Shown: positions 49,783-60,355 of the stretch, in pieces
Layout of the letters: each line of letters begins with the position of its first letter
How positions within the stretch are numbered: the first letter of the stretch is position 1
NCBI GenBank assembly: GCA_965207375.1
Contig: OZ242274.1
Location: forward strand, 1,120,001-1,184,000
From: Nitrosopumilaceae archaeon
Lineage (GTDB): Archaea > Thermoproteota > Nitrososphaeria > Nitrososphaerales > Nitrosopumilaceae
Length of the DNA stretch: 64,000 nt
Reading direction: 5' to 3'
Program-made: the position numbers and the translations under genes
The notes under the pieces: generated by a model
Database searches by the model: none
Told to the model about the DNA's origin: nothing
What the model saw: only the letters and a program-made list of their open reading frames with translations

Positions 49783-52700
49783 CTCCAGTATGTTCACAAA
49801 CTAGTCTTGATGGTAGTTTTAATTTACATGTGGTAAATGATTTGCCGGGAAACAAAAAGATCAGCTTCAGGACGGGTGCCTTGCTTTCTAATTCTGTAGT
49901 TGAAATTGCAGCAAATAATAACATAATACAACAAATTGGCAAAATCACGACACAACAATCATCAACAATCCTCAGAATCACACCTCAAATAATAGATTTT
50001 ATTCATTCTAATCAAATATATTTACATTTTTCAGATATTCAGTCAGCGCATAAAAAAGTCAAATCAAGTTTGAACTATGACATACCATTTGTAAACATAA
50101 ACTATGTTGTTTGGAATCCTTATCCTGAATATTTACATCCACCGTCTCACTCTGGTAGTGACACTATAGTCATCGGCTTATACAATGCAAATTCAAATGA
50201 TACTCTTTTAAACATGCCTTCCCTGGTACTACATGAATATGGACATCACGTACAACAAAAAGTATATGAAAAACAAGGTACATATCTTCCGCCGTGTTCA
50301 AAGCACACATTTGTAAGCACAACAAGCGACAGCTGTGCCTGGGCAGAAGGATGGGCGTGGTTTTTTGCGTTATGGATATTAGATTCCTCACAAATACTTA
50401 CAGGCTTTAGTTTTGATCCAATTAATTTTGAAAAAAACAAATACTTGTTTGGTAAAAGTACAGAAAAATCATTCCCAAGTGAAGATATGAAGACATCCGA
50501 AGGAAGTGTGGCAGCTACATTATGGGATATTTATGACACTACAAATGAATCAGGAGATAACATCTCAAAGGGTATGTCAAATATTTGGAAAACCTTTATT
50601 GACAAAAAGGAATCAGATGAAAAATATCCAGCTATTTCAATAACAGAGTTTGTCAATGACTGGAATGACAATTCTTATCCTTCACTTGATAGCGTATTAA
50701 AATTAAATAAAATAAATAAAATTGATAATCCTCCTACAATCAACTCTATTCCCAATATTTCATTAAAAGATTCACAAACAAAAAAAATAACAGTCATTGC
50801 AAGTGACAAGGACAATGATTCAATAACGCTATCCTTGCAGTCTAGTCCTAGATTTGTCAGTTTATCTGGAAATACAATTACAATAACTCCTAGCACATCT
50901 GATGTAGGCACATACACAGTAACGGTACAAGCGACAGCCAACGGCAAGACAGATACAGAATCATTTACAGTTACAGTAACTAAGAGCACTTCGCGTAACA
51001 ATGCTCCTCCAGTAATATCTCCTATTTCCAACATATCTCTAAAGGACTCCCAGACACTTTCATTTTCAATTGTGGCAACTGACAAGGAAGATGACTTCAT
51101 AACTCTGTCCCTTGTAACATCTCCCAAATTTGTTACTCTTACTGGCAATACAATTTCTATCAATCCTACAAGCTCCGATGTCGGCATATATACGGTAACG
51201 GTACAGGCCGTATCCAACGGCAAGACAGATACTGAATCCTTTACGGTTACAGTATCCAAAACAGTAGTTGATACTGCCCCTGTGATATCTGAAATTGCAG
51301 ATATATCAATGACAGATTCTCAAACTAGAACCGTTACAGTTACTGCAACTGATGCAGATGGTGACACAATATCACTATCGCTACAGTCAGCACATAGATT
51401 TGTCAGCATATCAGGAAATATCATTACAGTCAAGCCTAGCACATCTGATGTCGGCACACATACTGTAACCGTAAAAGCTACAGCCAACGGTAAGACAGAC
51501 ACTGAATCATTTACTGTAACAGTATCTCAAACGATAATTGATAGCCCACCGGTTCTAACACCACAACCAGACATTACAATAAACCACACAGAAACAAAAA
51601 CACTTGCAGTTACAGCAACTGATCCAGATGGTGATGCCATAACTGTGAGCCTTGCAAGTTATACTCCTGACTTTGTAACGATACAATCTATATCGGCAAA
51701 CTCTACAATCCTGATAAAACCTGCACTCTCTGATGTAGGCACGCATAATGTGGGGATATATGCAGATGCAAACGGAAAACGAGCAGTTGATGTATTTAAA
51801 ATTACAATACTAGAGGAAATCATAGATGCAGCACCTGTAATATCTGCAATTCCTAATGTCTCCATGTTTGATTCACATACTAGAGCAGTTACAGTTACTG
51901 CAAGTGACCGGGAGGGTGATACCATAACACTGTCACTACAATCATCACCTGACTTTGTTACTTTATCAGATAATATAATAGCAATAAAGCCTGCTAAAAC
52001 CGATATCGGCACATATACAGTAACTGTACAAGCAACAGCCAACGGCAAATCAGATACCCAATCTTTCAAGGTGATAGTGGCCAAGAGAGTCACCTTTGAC
52101 ACCGGACCGGTAATGCAAACGGTTCCTGACATTACAATGATTCATACTCAGACAGAAACACTTGCTGTTACTGTAACTGATAAAGAAAATGACATCATAA
52201 CTATGAGCCTTGCAAGATACACGCCTGACTTTGTTACTTTATTAGACAAGGGTGGCGGCAAGGGAACCATTACAATAAATCCAGATTCTTCTGATGTGGG
52301 AGTTCATTATGTTGGAGTATTTGCATATGCCAACGGCTTGTTTGCAGGTAACACGGTACGTGTGGCAGTTACCAATGTACCAGCAGATACTGTACCTCCT
52401 GTCTTTTCTAATATACCTGCAGACATTATACAATCAACTAGTTCCAATAAAACTTTAGTGACATTTGTGCCACCCACTGCAACTGATGATACAGACGGTA
52501 CAATACAGGTCATATCATCACACAAGTCAGGCATATTATTTCCCATAGGAAACACAACTGTAACATTTACTGCAACAGATTCTGCGGGGAATAGCGCGAC
52601 ACACAACATGACAATCACAATTACCAAAATACCGCCTGCTGCACCCCCCACTGTCCTGTTTCATGACACCTTTGATGGTACACTAGACAGCTGGACATAC

Positions 52701-53528
52701 AAGGAAATACCTTATACCCCGTGGATAAAAACAGATTGTGATACACAAAATAATAACGCATACACGTTATTGTACAGTACCGAGCATAACGGTTCAGCAC
52801 ACATAAACTATACAACACAGTGCTGGTTTGGAATGGCAGGTGCAAATAAAACCATAACCATACCAGAATCCCAAAAAGACTATTATCTGCAAATCAGCCT
52901 AGATCATAGAAGTCTTGCAGACATGCGCCACTATGCAAATGTCGGAAATGTAAACAATCACTTTATGTCAATTACTGATTCTGATGGTCTAATTATACAA
53001 TATGTGACGCTGTTTCAGGGTGAATCTCATGATACCATACAGGACACTGCCTGGAGACAAAAATCAATTATGTTGTCACCTACAGATATTGCAAGGTGTC
53101 CATGTGACGTATTTGTCTATGTGTCTGACTATTGGCGTATACCATGGAAGCAGCAAGGGTACATTGACAATGTAGAAATGAAATTTGTGCAGGGTGTGAC
53201 AGGTGCTGTACCTGAGACACCAAACAGTTTGACTATAGATGAGTTTACAAAAGCAGTATTTGCAAATGGCACTAAAATTGCAATTACAGGAAAATATGTA
53301 ACAGATGATACGGTTCTAGTATCTTGGGAGGCATTTGCAGATGCAACTCAATACAAGGCAGTAATTACACCCATAGATACACAAACTAAAACCATACACA
53401 AGAAAATCACAAATACTCATTACGAGTTTACTGAACTCGAACCTGACACTGCATATACCATCAAAGTCATGGTGGCAGATTACCCTTCAACTAAGAGTGT
53501 CATTACGGCAACCACTTTGGGCAGATAG
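49779..53528 (+). CDS. Zincin metalloprotease + six cadherin/Ig-like repeats + HYR + putative lectin-like domain + FN3
   Basis: LHEYGHH...AWAEGWA; PxI..I....ATDxDGDxITLS repeats; DTVPPVF..TATDDTDG..FPIGNTTVTFTATDSAGN (HYR); LEPDTAYTIKV (FN3). Confidence 0.85.
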   Translation: MTPVCSQTSLDGSFNLHVVNDLPGNKKISFRTGALLSNSVVEIAANNNIIQQIGKITTQQSSTILRITPQIIDFIHSNQIYLHFSDIQSAHKKVKSSLNYDIPFVNINYVVWNPYPEYLHPPSHSGSDTIVIGLYNANSNDTLLNMPSLVLHEYGHHVQQKVYEKQGTYLPPCSKHTFVSTTSDSCAWAEGWAWFFALWILDSSQILTGFSFDPINFEKNKYLFGKSTEKSFPSEDMKTSEGSVAATLWDIYDTTNESGDNISKGMSNIWKTFIDKKESDEKYPAISITEFVNDWNDNSYPSLDSVLKLNKINKIDNPPTINSIPNISLKDSQTKKITVIASDKDNDSITLSLQSSPRFVSLSGNTITITPSTSDVGTYTVTVQATANGKTDTESFTVTVTKSTSRNNAPPVISPISNISLKDSQTLSFSIVATDKEDDFITLSLVTSPKFVTLTGNTISINPTSSDVGIYTVTVQAVSNGKTDTESFTVTVSKTVVDTAPVISEIADISMTDSQTRTVTVTATDADGDTISLSLQSAHRFVSISGNIITVKPSTSDVGTHTVTVKATANGKTDTESFTVTVSQTIIDSPPVLTPQPDITINHTETKTLAVTATDPDGDAITVSLASYTPDFVTIQSISANSTILIKPALSDVGTHNVGIYADANGKRAVDVFKITILEEIIDAAPVISAIPNVSMFDSHTRAVTVTASDREGDTITLSLQSSPDFVTLSDNIIAIKPAKTDIGTYTVTVQATANGKSDTQSFKVIVAKRVTFDTGPVMQTVPDITMIHTQTETLAVTVTDKENDIITMSLARYTPDFVTLLDKGGGKGTITINPDSSDVGVHYVGVFAYANGLFAGNTVRVAVTNVPADTVPPVFSNIPADIIQSTSSNKTLVTFVPPTATDDTDGTIQVISSHKSGILFPIGNTTVTFTATDSAGNSATHNMTITITKIPPAAPPTVLFHDTFDGTLDSWTYKEIPYTPWIKTDCDTQNNNAYTLLYSTEHNGSAHINYTTQCWFGMAGANKTITIPESQKDYYLQISLDHRSLADMRHYANVGNVNNHFMSITDSDGLIIQYVTLFQGESHDTIQDTAWRQKSIMLSPTDIARCPCDVFVYVSDYWRIPWKQQGYIDNVEMKFVQGVTGAVPETPNSLTIDEFTKAVFANGTKIAITGKYVTDDTVLVSWEAFADATQYKAVITPIDTQTKTIHKKITNTHYEFTELEPDTAYTIKVMVADYPSTKSVITATTLGR
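50727..52380 (+). repeat. Six intragenic ~270-285-bp cadherin/He_PIG-like repeats
   Basis: Units start near 50727, 51000, 51273, 51543, 51828 and 52101; recurrent GCCAACGGCAAGACAGATAC. Confidence 0.85.
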
Positions 53529-53546
53529 ATTCTACAGATTATAATC

Positions 53547-54440
53547 ATGTTACGTGTCTGGTTTCGTGTCATTCGAGTTAGGTTTCTTTTAGCCTCCATA
53601 ATTGCAGTATCTGTAGGTCTTTCAATTCATTGGTGGCAGTCTGGAACACTTGATGTTTTGCATGCCCTAGTTACCGTTGCAGGAGTTGTGGCTTTACATG
53701 CAAGCGTGGACCTGTTAAATGATTACTGGGATTTTAAACGGGGAATAGACACTTTGACAAAACGCACCAAAATGAGCGGTGGTACAGGTGTTTTGCCTGA
53801 AGGGCTGTTAAGACCAGAATCTGTGTATCGTGCAGGAATCGCATTTTTGATTACAGGCTCTGCAATAGGTGCATACTTTGTAGTTACACATGGGTGGATT
53901 ATTGCAGTTTTGCTAGGATTTGCCATAATTGCAATCTACTTTTATTCTACTAGAATAGTCGATTCTGGACTAGCTGAAATCTTTGTTGCAATCAAGGGCA
54001 CAATGATTGTTTTAGGCACATTTTACATTCAATCAAATACTTTGATGATTGAATCTGTACTTGCAGGAGTTGTTGTAGGAGTATTATCTTCATTGGTTTT
54101 ATTTGTTGCATCTTTTCCAGATCATGATGCAGACAAGGCAAGGGGCAGAAAAACGCTAGTCATTGTGGCAGGCAAGAAAAAGGCTGCTTTAATATTTTGG
54201 GCATTTCCTAGTCTTGCATATATAATAATTATAACAGGAGTCCTGTTACAACTGTTTCCTATTTTATCTTTGATTACCCTCTTAATGCTACCGCTTGCAA
54301 TATATGCAGGAATTGGTCTTAAACGCAACTATGATCAAATTGACGGCCTTGTGCCCTTTATGGCCAAAACTCTTAGCTTTGGCAGAATAACTGGCGTACT
54401 GTTTGTAATTGGCTTTATCCTAGGCAGGATCTACAATTAA
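53547..54440 (+). CDS. menA: UbiA/MenA-family prenyltransferase
   Basis: NDYWDFKRGID, DHDADKARGRKTL, multi-TM. Confidence 0.8.
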   Translation: MLRVWFRVIRVRFLLASIIAVSVGLSIHWWQSGTLDVLHALVTVAGVVALHASVDLLNDYWDFKRGIDTLTKRTKMSGGTGVLPEGLLRPESVYRAGIAFLITGSAIGAYFVVTHGWIIAVLLGFAIIAIYFYSTRIVDSGLAEIFVAIKGTMIVLGTFYIQSNTLMIESVLAGVVVGVLSSLVLFVASFPDHDADKARGRKTLVIVAGKKKAALIFWAFPSLAYIIIITGVLLQLFPILSLITLLMLPLAIYAGIGLKRNYDQIDGLVPFMAKTLSFGRITGVLFVIGFILGRIYN

Positions 54441-54464
54441 ATTCTATATCCTTTGATTAGATAC

Positions 54465-55568
54465 ATGATTTCTGGATTTGCAACAAAGCAAGGAACACTG
54501 CGATTTTCTCAAAAATTTCCCAACATTTCTGCTGGGAATTTTAAAAAAATCCACGATCTAACTCTTTCAAATGTGGGCATTGGGACCTATCTGGGAGACG
54601 CTGATGCAAAAACTGATGCACTAGTAACTGATGCTGTAAAAAATTCCGTCCTGTCTGGAATCAACATCATTGATACTGCAATAAATTACAGATCTCAAAA
54701 GGCAGAACGCTCCGTAGGCCGGGCAATCTCTGAGCTTGTAGATGAAGGCAAAATTTGTAGAGATGAAATTTTTGTCAGCAGCAAAAATGGATATGTAACA
54801 AATGATGCAGATGTACCTCTAGACTTTTGGCCATATGTGAATCAGGAATATACTCAAAAGGGCATAATAAAAGAAGGAGATGTCTCTTCTAGATATCACT
54901 GCATGTCTGTAAAGTATTTAGAAGATCAGCTTGACCGAAGCTTGAAAAACCTCAGACTAGACTGTATTGATTTGATGTATCTTCACAACGGCACCGAAGG
55001 ACAACTCAACGATATTTCCCGCAAGGATTTTCTAGAAAAGCTCAAATGTGTATTTGAATTATACGAGCAAAAACGAGACGAAGGCAAAATCAAATACTAT
55101 GGAATGGCCACCTGGGAGTCATTTAGGGTTGAGAAAACTAATCCTCAATACTTTGCATTAGATGATATGTTAGATATTGCCAAACAGGTAGGCGGCAACA
55201 ATCATGGCTTTAGCTTTGTTCAGCTGCCCTTTAACCTGTATTACGATCAGGCATTGCTGCTAAAAAATCACATTCTAGATGGAAATAAAGCATCTGTTTT
55301 AGAGGTTGCAAAGCAGAAAAACATTGGCGTCTTTTCAAGCGTTCCTTTTATGCAGGGCAATCTTTTGAAAAATAATACCATACCTGAATTTGGCGACCTA
55401 CCTGCAAACCTTCGCATCCTACAGTTTATCCGTTCTGCTCCAGGCATACTTGCCCCGTTAATTGGGCAAAAATCCCCTGATCATGTGTCTGAAAATCTAA
55501 AAATAATGCAAATTCCTGCAATGACAGAGTCTGATTTTTCCAAACTAGTCAAAGAATTAATCTCCTAG
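54465..55568 (+). CDS. Aldo/keto reductase
   Basis: GIGTYLG, IDTAINY, SKNG, DLMYLH, GKIKYYG, VQLPFN. Confidence 0.9.
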   Translation: MISGFATKQGTLRFSQKFPNISAGNFKKIHDLTLSNVGIGTYLGDADAKTDALVTDAVKNSVLSGINIIDTAINYRSQKAERSVGRAISELVDEGKICRDEIFVSSKNGYVTNDADVPLDFWPYVNQEYTQKGIIKEGDVSSRYHCMSVKYLEDQLDRSLKNLRLDCIDLMYLHNGTEGQLNDISRKDFLEKLKCVFELYEQKRDEGKIKYYGMATWESFRVEKTNPQYFALDDMLDIAKQVGGNNHGFSFVQLPFNLYYDQALLLKNHILDGNKASVLEVAKQKNIGVFSSVPFMQGNLLKNNTIPEFGDLPANLRILQFIRSAPGILAPLIGQKSPDHVSENLKIMQIPAMTESDFSKLVKELIS

Positions 55569-55614
55569 ATATAGCAATCAATATGTTTTTCAAATACTGT
55601 ATTGTTACTAAATC

Positions 55615-55983
55615 ATGGCAAGCCGAGTTTATGACTATAATCAGATATGTGATTTGATAAAGTCACTTGATGCCAAAATACGATTTGCAGGAATAATCAA
55701 TGAACGCGGCAGACTAGTTGCAGGAGGCATGAAGGCAGGAGTTGAGCCATTGGAAAGTGAAAAAGATGATGAAATGCTGTTTATGGAGCTTGCACTAAGA
55801 ATCAAAATGCGCAGGGAATTTGACAAACAACTAGGTCCTGTAAACTTTGCACTAGCATCAAGACAGAGGGCCATGAACATGAGCTTTTTACTCAATGAGG
55901 ATATTCTGTATGTTTCAGCAGAACCTGATGCCGATTATGGGCGCATCCCAAAACAGATATTGAAAATTTTAGAAAATCAATAG
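55615..55983 (+). CDS. Roadblock/profilin-like thaumarchaeal protein (DUF6659-like)
   Basis: IRFAGIINERGRLVAGG, MRREFDKQLGPV, LYVSAE. Confidence 0.75.
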   Translation: MASRVYDYNQICDLIKSLDAKIRFAGIINERGRLVAGGMKAGVEPLESEKDDEMLFMELALRIKMRREFDKQLGPVNFALASRQRAMNMSFLLNEDILYVSAEPDADYGRIPKQILKILENQ

Positions 55984-56025
55984 ATGTTGCCAATACATAA
56001 ATAGAATTGACCTAGCAAAACCATA

Positions 56026-56172
56026 TTGCCAGTTGATCCTGTTTGTGGAATTGAATTAGATAAAGACTTAGCTTTGCTTCATCAGCATGAGGGCACAGAA
56101 TATTATTTTTGTTGCAATGGTTGCAGACGTATTTTTGTAAAAAAACCTAAAAAATGGAAAAATAAAAACTAG
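56026..56172 (+). CDS. YHS/TRASH metal-binding microprotein (48 aa, not in the ORF track)
   Basis: MPVDPVCGIEL...YYFCCNGCRRIF; TTG start. Confidence 0.8.
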   Translation: MPVDPVCGIELDKDLALLHQHEGTEYYFCCNGCRRIFVKKPKKWKNKN

Positions 56173-57116
56173 CCTTCAAACCTGCCGCACATTCTGCAAA
56201 ATTTTGAATCTTCAAGAGTTTGACATTTACAATCAGGACAAATGTTTTCTGTTTTGCCACTGCTTGGAGCACCAAAATGTTTTTTGTACATTTGATAATA
56301 GTGAAGCGACTCTTTTGTTCTTATAATTATGCCGTCATCTTTGTTAATTTTTTCCTTTTGCTCAGAAAATACATCATCTGGAATCACTGCATCAAACAAA
56401 CCTGTCAATCCTGCAGTTCCTGCACCGTCTTGCATCGGCGTCTTTTGACGCCAGACGATACTATCTGGAATTTTACTCTCAAATGACTTTCTAATTATCC
56501 ACTTTCCAAACTTTTTTCCTTTGTACATTCTGATTTTTTGATTTAATGGTAATTTCTGGGCAAATTCCCTCATGGCCTTGTCCAAAAATGGGGTTTCTAC
56601 GTTAATTCCTAGTGCTATTCCAATCTTTTTTGAGGGAAAATGCATAATCTCTGTTATTCTGTGCAGTTCCTTTTGCAAGTCCTCATCTGTTTTTTTTAAC
56701 AGAAAATTATAACCTGCAAACAATTCGTCTGCTCCATCCCCTGTAATTATTGATTTTTCACCTCTTTTTTTCATTGACTCTAGTGTGATATACATCACAA
56801 GTGAATTTCTGATCTCAATATCGTTGAAATTTTTTAAAATCTTTATTGTTTTGTCTATACCTGATATCATATCTTTTGTGGTGACCTTGATTATTTCCAA
56901 TGGGAGATTCAACTTTGATGCAATCATCTGAGAATAGGTCAGATCATTTGCTAGAAAATCCTCTGCAATTACTACATGTGCTTTGGGCTTTTTTCCTCTT
57001 GCACAATATGCAATTGCACTGCTGTCCAAGCCTCCTGACAGTGCAATGTTGCAAGAATCGTTTTTTGACACCGCATTGTGCAGTATTTCTAAAAACCTTC
57101 TAGATTGCAACTCCAT
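56169..57116 (-). CDS. Asparagine-synthase-like PP-loop protein (synthetase domain only, C-terminal zinc ribbon)
   Basis: ALSGGLDSS, TGDGADELFAGY, PFLD, KWIIR, CPDC...CRMC. Confidence 0.85.
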   Translation of the reverse strand: MELQSRRFLEILHNAVSKNDSCNIALSGGLDSSAIAYCARGKKPKAHVVIAEDFLANDLTYSQMIASKLNLPLEIIKVTTKDMISGIDKTIKILKNFNDIEIRNSLVMYITLESMKKRGEKSIITGDGADELFAGYNFLLKKTDEDLQKELHRITEIMHFPSKKIGIALGINVETPFLDKAMREFAQKLPLNQKIRMYKGKKFGKWIIRKSFESKIPDSIVWRQKTPMQDGAGTAGLTGLFDAVIPDDVFSEQKEKINKDDGIIIRTKESLHYYQMYKKHFGAPSSGKTENICPDCKCQTLEDSKFCRMCGRFEG

Positions 57117-57230
57117 GTATCATCTGTATTTTTTGTAATTATAATAAGTTGGTCTAACTACTGTGATATTTTTTGACAAGATCGCAGTATTGTACATTGA
57201 TTTTTAAACATCTACTATTTTATCAATTCA

Positions 57231-60200
57231 ATGATAATTTTACATGCTGGAATTTATTATGGATCGCCTGTACTGTGGGCCGAAGTATCTGATGTATCAT
57301 CACCTGATACACACCAATCAAAAAATCGGCTTTTACAATACAAGTTTTCTGCAAATCCTGCACAACTAAAAAAGATACTAAAACAAATACCTGTTAAACT
57401 AAAAACTCTCCAATATGCAGGCATTTGGCTTCCTACCAAAGACGGAAATCCTATCCCTTCTAGCAGCATTATCTCTGATACTGTATATGCTACAAAGCCT
57501 AAACTGGAAAAATGGGGAATAAACATCGCCATACTTGATGACGAGCAGGTCATAGGACTGCTTGGCAGACTAGTTGGAATGAGGACTATAATGCCTGGTA
57601 TGATAGTAGGTGCGGATTTGGCCTATTTGGTAGAGGTCATGCATCTAGCAAGCTCCCTGGTGGCAAGACAGCAATACCTGCCAAATATGAGAGATGAAGG
57701 CGGATCTTGTGATGCAGTGTGGAGTCCAATTTTGGTAGGTGCTGACTCTGAACAATTTAACACGCTAGAAAAACGCATGCCTGGAGCAATCGTGGCATTT
57801 ACCAACAGTACAAACCCGACTGTATATGGCCTGCCCTCAAAAACCCTTGAAAGCATCCTTACTGCCTTTATTGGATATTTGGTGCGCCTTTCTGCATCTG
57901 ATTCTAATCCAAATGTTTCTAGACGCCGTCAGAGATTTGACAGCATACATGATTCATGGATGCATCATCTAAAATTTGAGGATACTATGAATGATGAAGA
58001 TGCACCCGTGTTTACAAAACAGGTTCACAAGTGGCAGCAATCCCTAATAGTTACTACCAACATGCCGCTACGTTTGTGCTTTCGTCTAGAGGAGCCTGAA
58101 AAACCTGGTGACCCCTGGTTTGTGCGTTACATGGTACAGTCAAGAAATGATCCAAGCTTTTTGATTTCAGCTGAGGATGCATGGAACTCTAAAACCAACA
58201 TGCTGCCAAGTGGCACAAACATCAAAGAATTTTTGTTGATATCTATAGCAAAGGCATCTGGAATATTTCCACACATTACAACCGGACTCAAAAAAATGCG
58301 TCTTGAGTTGGGAAAGGGGTGTTTTATTGACATCAATGCAGCACATGATTTTTTGACAAAGGATGCACCTGCGTTAAGACAGGCAGGCTATGGCATAATA
58401 CTTCCATCATGGTGGAAGGGCAATGGAACTCAGGCAAAGATTCGCGCACGTGGAGACATAAAAAACCCAAAAATGAAAACACGTGGCATATTTGATCTAA
58501 ACAGTATCGTAGAATTTGACTGGCAGATAGCAATAGGTGATAATAAAGTCACATTAACAGAACTAAACCGTCTTGCCAACGCAAAGGTTCCACTAGTTCA
58601 CATGCGCGGACAATGGGTTCAGGTCTCACCAGAAGAGATCAAACAGATAATTAAATTCTTAAAAAAGAAGACAAAAAAATCCACCCTCTTGGAGGCCATC
58701 AAAATGGGACTTGGTGGAGAATTTGAGTTAGTTGGCACTTTACATGAAAATAACACATCTGGTATAGATGTCGAAATTCAAAGTAAAAACAAGGACATAT
58801 CAAAGATGCTAAACATGCTTACAGGCAAGGCCAAACTAGAAAAAATGAAACAGCCAAAAGGCTTTACAGGCAAGCTGCGTCCATACCAAAACAATGGCTT
58901 TTCATGGCTGTACTTTTTACAAAGGTGGGGCCTAGGCGGCTGTCTTGCAGATGATATGGGACTAGGAAAGACCATACAGACTCTGGCACTCATACAGCAA
59001 TACAGATCAGAGTCAGGCTCCAAAAAAAACTCTGCCTTTTTACTTGTCTGTCCCACATCTGTCATAAGCAACTGGGAAAAAGAGGCACATCGATTCACGC
59101 CAGAACTTTCTGTAATGATACATCATGGCGTCAGCAGAAACAAAACCGCCTCTTCACTACAACGCAAAATCGGCAATTATGATATAGTGATATCAAGTTA
59201 TGGCCTGCTGCAAAAGGATGTAAAAGTAATCAAAAAGATAAAGTGGGCAGGCCTAGTACTAGACGAGGCACAAAATATCAAAAATTGGCAGACAAAACAG
59301 GCACAAGCCGCACGTGCAATTGATGCCAAATGCAGATTTGCATTGACAGGTACGCCTGTGGAAAACAACATTGGCGATTTGTGGTCAATCATGGAGTTTC
59401 TCAATCCTGGATTTCTTGGAAACCAGGCATCATTTAAGCGAAATTTTTTCGTGCCGATTCAAACCCGACAGGACGAAAATGCCACAAATAGATTAAAACA
59501 GGCAACTGCGCCATTTATACTGCGCAGGTTAAAGACTGACAAATCAATTATCGCCGATCTGCCAGAAAAGATGGAAAACAAGACGTACTGTTCACTTACA
59601 AAGGAGCAGGCATCTTTGTATGCTGCAGTACTCAAAGACATTGAAATTTCTCTTGCTGCAAGCGAAGGAATCCAACGAAAGGGGATAATATTGAGTGCAC
59701 TTGTAAAACTAAAACAGGTATGTAATCATCCCGTACTGCTGCTAAAGGATAATTCTGGAATCACAACCGGTAGAAAAAGATCTGACCAGATGCGCTCAGG
59801 CAAACTAGCAAGTCTCACAGAGATGCTTGCTGAGATAATAGAGATGGGTGAGAGTGCACTTGTGTTTACCCAGTTTGTAGAGATGGGTCACATGCTCAGA
59901 CTCCACATACAAGAAACGTTTGGTCAAGAGGTCAGGTTCCTTCATGGTGGAACCACAAGACAGCAAAGAGATCAGATGGTCCAATGGTTTCAAAATGAGC
60001 AAAAAGGCATCTCAAAGATACTGGTAATATCGTTAAAGGCAGGAGGTACAGGCTTGAATTTGACTGCTGCTAGTCACGTATTTCATTTTGACAGGTGGTG
60101 GAATCCTGCCGTAGAGGATCAAGCCACAGACAGGGCATTTCGCATAGGTCAGAAAAAAAATGTGCAGGTTCATAAAATGATATGTACTGGCACACTTGAG

Positions 60201-60353
60201 GAAAAAATAGACATGATGATAGAAAGAAAAAAGTATGTTTCCAAAAAGGTAATAGGTACAGGTGAGGGCTGGATAACAGAGATGTCAAATGATGATCTAC
60301 GAAATATTCTGGCATTGAGTGCAGAGGCTACTCTAGGTGAGGAGGATCAATAA
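57231..60353 (+). CDS. SWI2/SNF2 ATPase with DUF3670-type N-terminal region
   Basis: LADDMGLGKT, DEAQNIKN, LTGTPVEN, LRRLK, LKQVCNHP, GLNLTAA, WWNPAVEDQATDRAFRIGQ. Confidence 0.95.
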   Translation: MIILHAGIYYGSPVLWAEVSDVSSPDTHQSKNRLLQYKFSANPAQLKKILKQIPVKLKTLQYAGIWLPTKDGNPIPSSSIISDTVYATKPKLEKWGINIAILDDEQVIGLLGRLVGMRTIMPGMIVGADLAYLVEVMHLASSLVARQQYLPNMRDEGGSCDAVWSPILVGADSEQFNTLEKRMPGAIVAFTNSTNPTVYGLPSKTLESILTAFIGYLVRLSASDSNPNVSRRRQRFDSIHDSWMHHLKFEDTMNDEDAPVFTKQVHKWQQSLIVTTNMPLRLCFRLEEPEKPGDPWFVRYMVQSRNDPSFLISAEDAWNSKTNMLPSGTNIKEFLLISIAKASGIFPHITTGLKKMRLELGKGCFIDINAAHDFLTKDAPALRQAGYGIILPSWWKGNGTQAKIRARGDIKNPKMKTRGIFDLNSIVEFDWQIAIGDNKVTLTELNRLANAKVPLVHMRGQWVQVSPEEIKQIIKFLKKKTKKSTLLEAIKMGLGGEFELVGTLHENNTSGIDVEIQSKNKDISKMLNMLTGKAKLEKMKQPKGFTGKLRPYQNNGFSWLYFLQRWGLGGCLADDMGLGKTIQTLALIQQYRSESGSKKNSAFLLVCPTSVISNWEKEAHRFTPELSVMIHHGVSRNKTASSLQRKIGNYDIVISSYGLLQKDVKVIKKIKWAGLVLDEAQNIKNWQTKQAQAARAIDAKCRFALTGTPVENNIGDLWSIMEFLNPGFLGNQASFKRNFFVPIQTRQDENATNRLKQATAPFILRRLKTDKSIIADLPEKMENKTYCSLTKEQASLYAAVLKDIEISLAASEGIQRKGIILSALVKLKQVCNHPVLLLKDNSGITTGRKRSDQMRSGKLASLTEMLAEIIEMGESALVFTQFVEMGHMLRLHIQETFGQEVRFLHGGTTRQQRDQMVQWFQNEQKGISKILVISLKAGGTGLNLTAASHVFHFDRWWNPAVEDQATDRAFRIGQKKNVQVHKMICTGTLEEKIDMMIERKKYVSKKVIGTGEGWITEMSNDDLRNILALSAEATLGEEDQ

Positions 60354-60355
60354 TT

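Noticed and set aside
50727-52380. Diversity-generating retroelement template/variable repeats
   Set aside because: Differences are not adenine-specific and no reverse transcriptase is present; these are ordinary domain repeats
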